A stretch of 64,000 nt of DNA from an uncultured archaeon (GTDB taxonomy: Archaea > Thermoproteota > Bathyarchaeia > Bathyarchaeales > Bathycorpusculaceae), in contig CAWALK010000001.1 of assembly GCA_963782915.1 (NCBI GenBank), positions 160,001 to 224,000 on the forward strand, in the 5' to 3' direction. The notes beneath the pieces were generated by a model, which saw only the letters and a list, made by a program, of their open reading frames with translations, searched no databases and was not told the origin of the DNA. This document shows positions 61,795 through 64,000 of the stretch, piece by piece (positions within the stretch are counted from its first letter, which is position 1; each line of letters starts with the position of its first letter). Made by a program: the position numbers and the translations under genes.

Positions 61795-63261
61795 ATGATG
61801 TCCACTGGTTCTTCGTCTTTTTCTTATAGAATAGCCCCTGAAGTTCCTCCCAGCTACTACGAAAAACTATTCGACTTCATATACACCCAGTATCTGATAC
61901 CTCAAAAGCAGCGGTTCACCGATATTGTCAGGGAATCCAATAGCCAAGGTGAACGATTAACCTATGTAGTCACCGATACACAGGGAAATCGCCTCATTAA
62001 TATGGAAGTTAAAAGCGGCACACCCTTTGAACTGCAAATTAATCCGTTAAGCTCTGTTGCTTCCCACACAGCCGTTGAAGAAGCCAAACAGGACATCTTA
62101 ATCGCCATGCAAATCTTCTCTCAAAACGCCAAAAACGCAACAGTCTATTTTGCTTGGCGGGAAGGCGAACAAGTTGTTCCGGAAGCCTACACTAAACCGG
62201 CGAAATCATTCAATCGGCTGTTTCTTGAAACTCAAATTCTCTTTTTCATCGTTTTTATCGTTTTTGGCATGTTCATATTCATAACTATATCCACAACACT
62301 TCCTGATGCCTTCTGGGTTGCACCACTGATCTTGATTGGTATCCAGTTTGGCTTCGTCTTTTATTCTAACAAGTTTATTGGGCGTAGCGCAGACTGGCAT
62401 ATAACCGAAGCAAACCCCACTATCCATCTGCTCGAATATTACTTGCCGGTAAGTGAGAAAAACGATTTTAACAAAAGCTACCCACGAGAGACACTGATTG
62501 CGATAAAGAAGGAAATCTATGATGAAATCATCGCTAAAAAAGGCGAAGTTGACATTGAATCCGCACAGAAAGTCTTCCTAAAATATGGCGTACCCTGCGA
62601 GCTGCAGAATCTTAAAGCAAAAAAAATCAACGTATATGAAATCGTAAAAAAGATCGCTGACCGATTCCATTTCCCAATGCCTGAAGTCGTTGTTTCCAAC
62701 ACTATGGTGCCTAATGCGGCTGCTTCCGGTCCAAGCCCCAAACGTGGATTAGTGCTCATTACCACGGGGATTCTGGTGCAGCTTAACGAGAATGAATTGA
62801 TGGGTGTTTTAGGACACGAGTTTGGGCACCTCAAAGGACGCGACCCACTCATACTCTACGGATTAGTATCGGCAGAATTTCTCTTCCGCTTCTACGTATT
62901 GTTCCCGCTGTTTCCGCTGATTTTCTCTTCATTCCTCTTCTTCGCTTACTTCTGGGCAGTGATGGTTGTCATATTCTTCATCGCCAAATTCTTTGAAGCC
63001 CGCGCCGACTTAGTATCCGCCATGGTCATAGGTAACCCGCAGATTTTAGCAGGGTCGCTTGAAAAAATCGGGTTCCAACGCCTACTCTACGAGCGGACGC
63101 CTTCCTATCGGATTCAGGAATGGCTGGGTTTGGATCCGCATCCACCCATCTATTTCAGGGTAAACCGTCTAGAGAACCTTTCACCGGGGATAATTCGGCA
63201 TCCACTGATCCAATCCATCAAAGATGTTACCCGTGGCTTCATTGCTACCCTTAAAACTTAG
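61795..63261 (+). CDS. M48 (HtpX-like) metalloprotease with N-terminal extension
   Basis: PNAAA.G, GHEFGH, EARAD, HPP...R. Confidence 0.9.
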   Translation: MMSTGSSSFSYRIAPEVPPSYYEKLFDFIYTQYLIPQKQRFTDIVRESNSQGERLTYVVTDTQGNRLINMEVKSGTPFELQINPLSSVASHTAVEEAKQDILIAMQIFSQNAKNATVYFAWREGEQVVPEAYTKPAKSFNRLFLETQILFFIVFIVFGMFIFITISTTLPDAFWVAPLILIGIQFGFVFYSNKFIGRSADWHITEANPTIHLLEYYLPVSEKNDFNKSYPRETLIAIKKEIYDEIIAKKGEVDIESAQKVFLKYGVPCELQNLKAKKINVYEIVKKIADRFHFPMPEVVVSNTMVPNAAASGPSPKRGLVLITTGILVQLNENELMGVLGHEFGHLKGRDPLILYGLVSAEFLFRFYVLFPLFPLIFSSFLFFAYFWAVMVVIFFIAKFFEARADLVSAMVIGNPQILAGSLEKIGFQRLLYERTPSYRIQEWLGLDPHPPIYFRVNRLENLSPGIIRHPLIQSIKDVTRGFIATLKT

Positions 63262-63408
63262 CAGTGATTTTGGGTAACCTTTATTGGCGTCTTTTTGATA
63301 ATCGCTTTAAGGGATGCGAGTAGAGCGCTTCTATCCCCAAAAACATAGTTTTGAATGCAAAGAATAATAAAGCATGCATGATAGCCATAACACGTGAGGC
63401 AAAAAAGG

Positions 63409-64000
63409 TTGAAACTACTCTTTGTCGCAATCGACGGCATGGGCGATTTGCCAATCGAAGCCTTAGGTAACAAAACAACCCTTGAAGCAGCAAAAACCCC
63501 CAACTTGGACTCTTTAGCCGAGAAGGGAAAAACAGGTTTAATGTACACTGTTGAAAAGGGTGTTGCTCCTGAGAGTGATGTTGCAGTTATTTCTCTTTTA
63601 GGATATGACCCCTTCAAGTACAGCACTGGCAGAGGCGTCATCGAAGTTGCTGGTGTAGGATTAAAAATGAAAGACGGCGACTTAGCTCTACGATGCAACT
63701 TTGCCACACTTGGTGAAGGCAAAAACATTTTGGACCGCCGAGTCGCACGCAGCCTCACAACAGAAGAAGCAACAATATTAACTAATGCCGTTAACAAAGA
63801 AGTCACTTTAACCTCGTATCCAGCAACGTTTGAATTCAAAAATACGCTGGGTCACAGAGCCGTATTGCTTATCCGAAGCAAAGATAAGCCATTATCCAGC
63901 CAAATAACCAACAGCGACCCCGCATATGCAATAATCAACGGAATCGGGGTAGCCCAAACTAACGTTGAAATGGTTCTAAAAACCTGTGAACCCATGGATA
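63409..64000 (+). CDS. apgM: 2,3-BPG-independent phosphoglycerate mutase (archaeal), runs off window end
   Basis: (M)KLLFVAIDGMGDLP...TTLEAAKTPNLD...APESDVA...GYDP...GRG.IE...RCNFAT. Confidence 0.9.
   Translation, partial: MKLLFVAIDGMGDLPIEALGNKTTLEAAKTPNLDSLAEKGKTGLMYTVEKGVAPESDVAVISLLGYDPFKYSTGRGVIEVAGVGLKMKDGDLALRCNFATLGEGKNILDRRVARSLTTEEATILTNAVNKEVTLTSYPATFEFKNTLGHRAVLLIRSKDKPLSSQITNSDPAYAIINGIGVAQTNVEMVLKTCEPMD

Noticed and set aside
63258-63839. 193-aa minus-strand ORF
   Set aside because: Antisense to the partial apgM gene

Overview
Archaeal genomic window. Gene content and style (short purA, apgM, type II Map, DUF1512, intron-containing tRNA-Trp, orphan 5S rRNA, PEF-CTERM-like secreted proteins) suggest Bathyarchaeia or a related TACK lineage; this assignment is inference. 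It holds about 60 mostly housekeeping or accessory CDSs, a 5S rRNA, tRNA-Trp with two introns, tRNA-His, a degenerate tRNA-Leu, an arsenic-resistance cluster and a gpgS/gpgP-like pair. About 15 genes, including essential tyrS, are broken by single-base indels, most likely long-read consensus errors. Most notable unexplained signals: (1) a ~205-nt structured non-coding element at 31201-31406 whose + strand appears antisense, with G-U-biased mismatches, to several strands of the 23S rRNA peptidyl-transferase centre (compared from memory, needs alignment); (2) a GGQ-intact aRF1 paralog lacking stop-codon recognition motifs, directly downstream of a degenerate tRNA-Leu; (3) two families of dispersed intergenic repeats; (4) several unannotated small ORFs, one apparently starting at ACG. 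No CRISPR array, integrase or transposase was seen.
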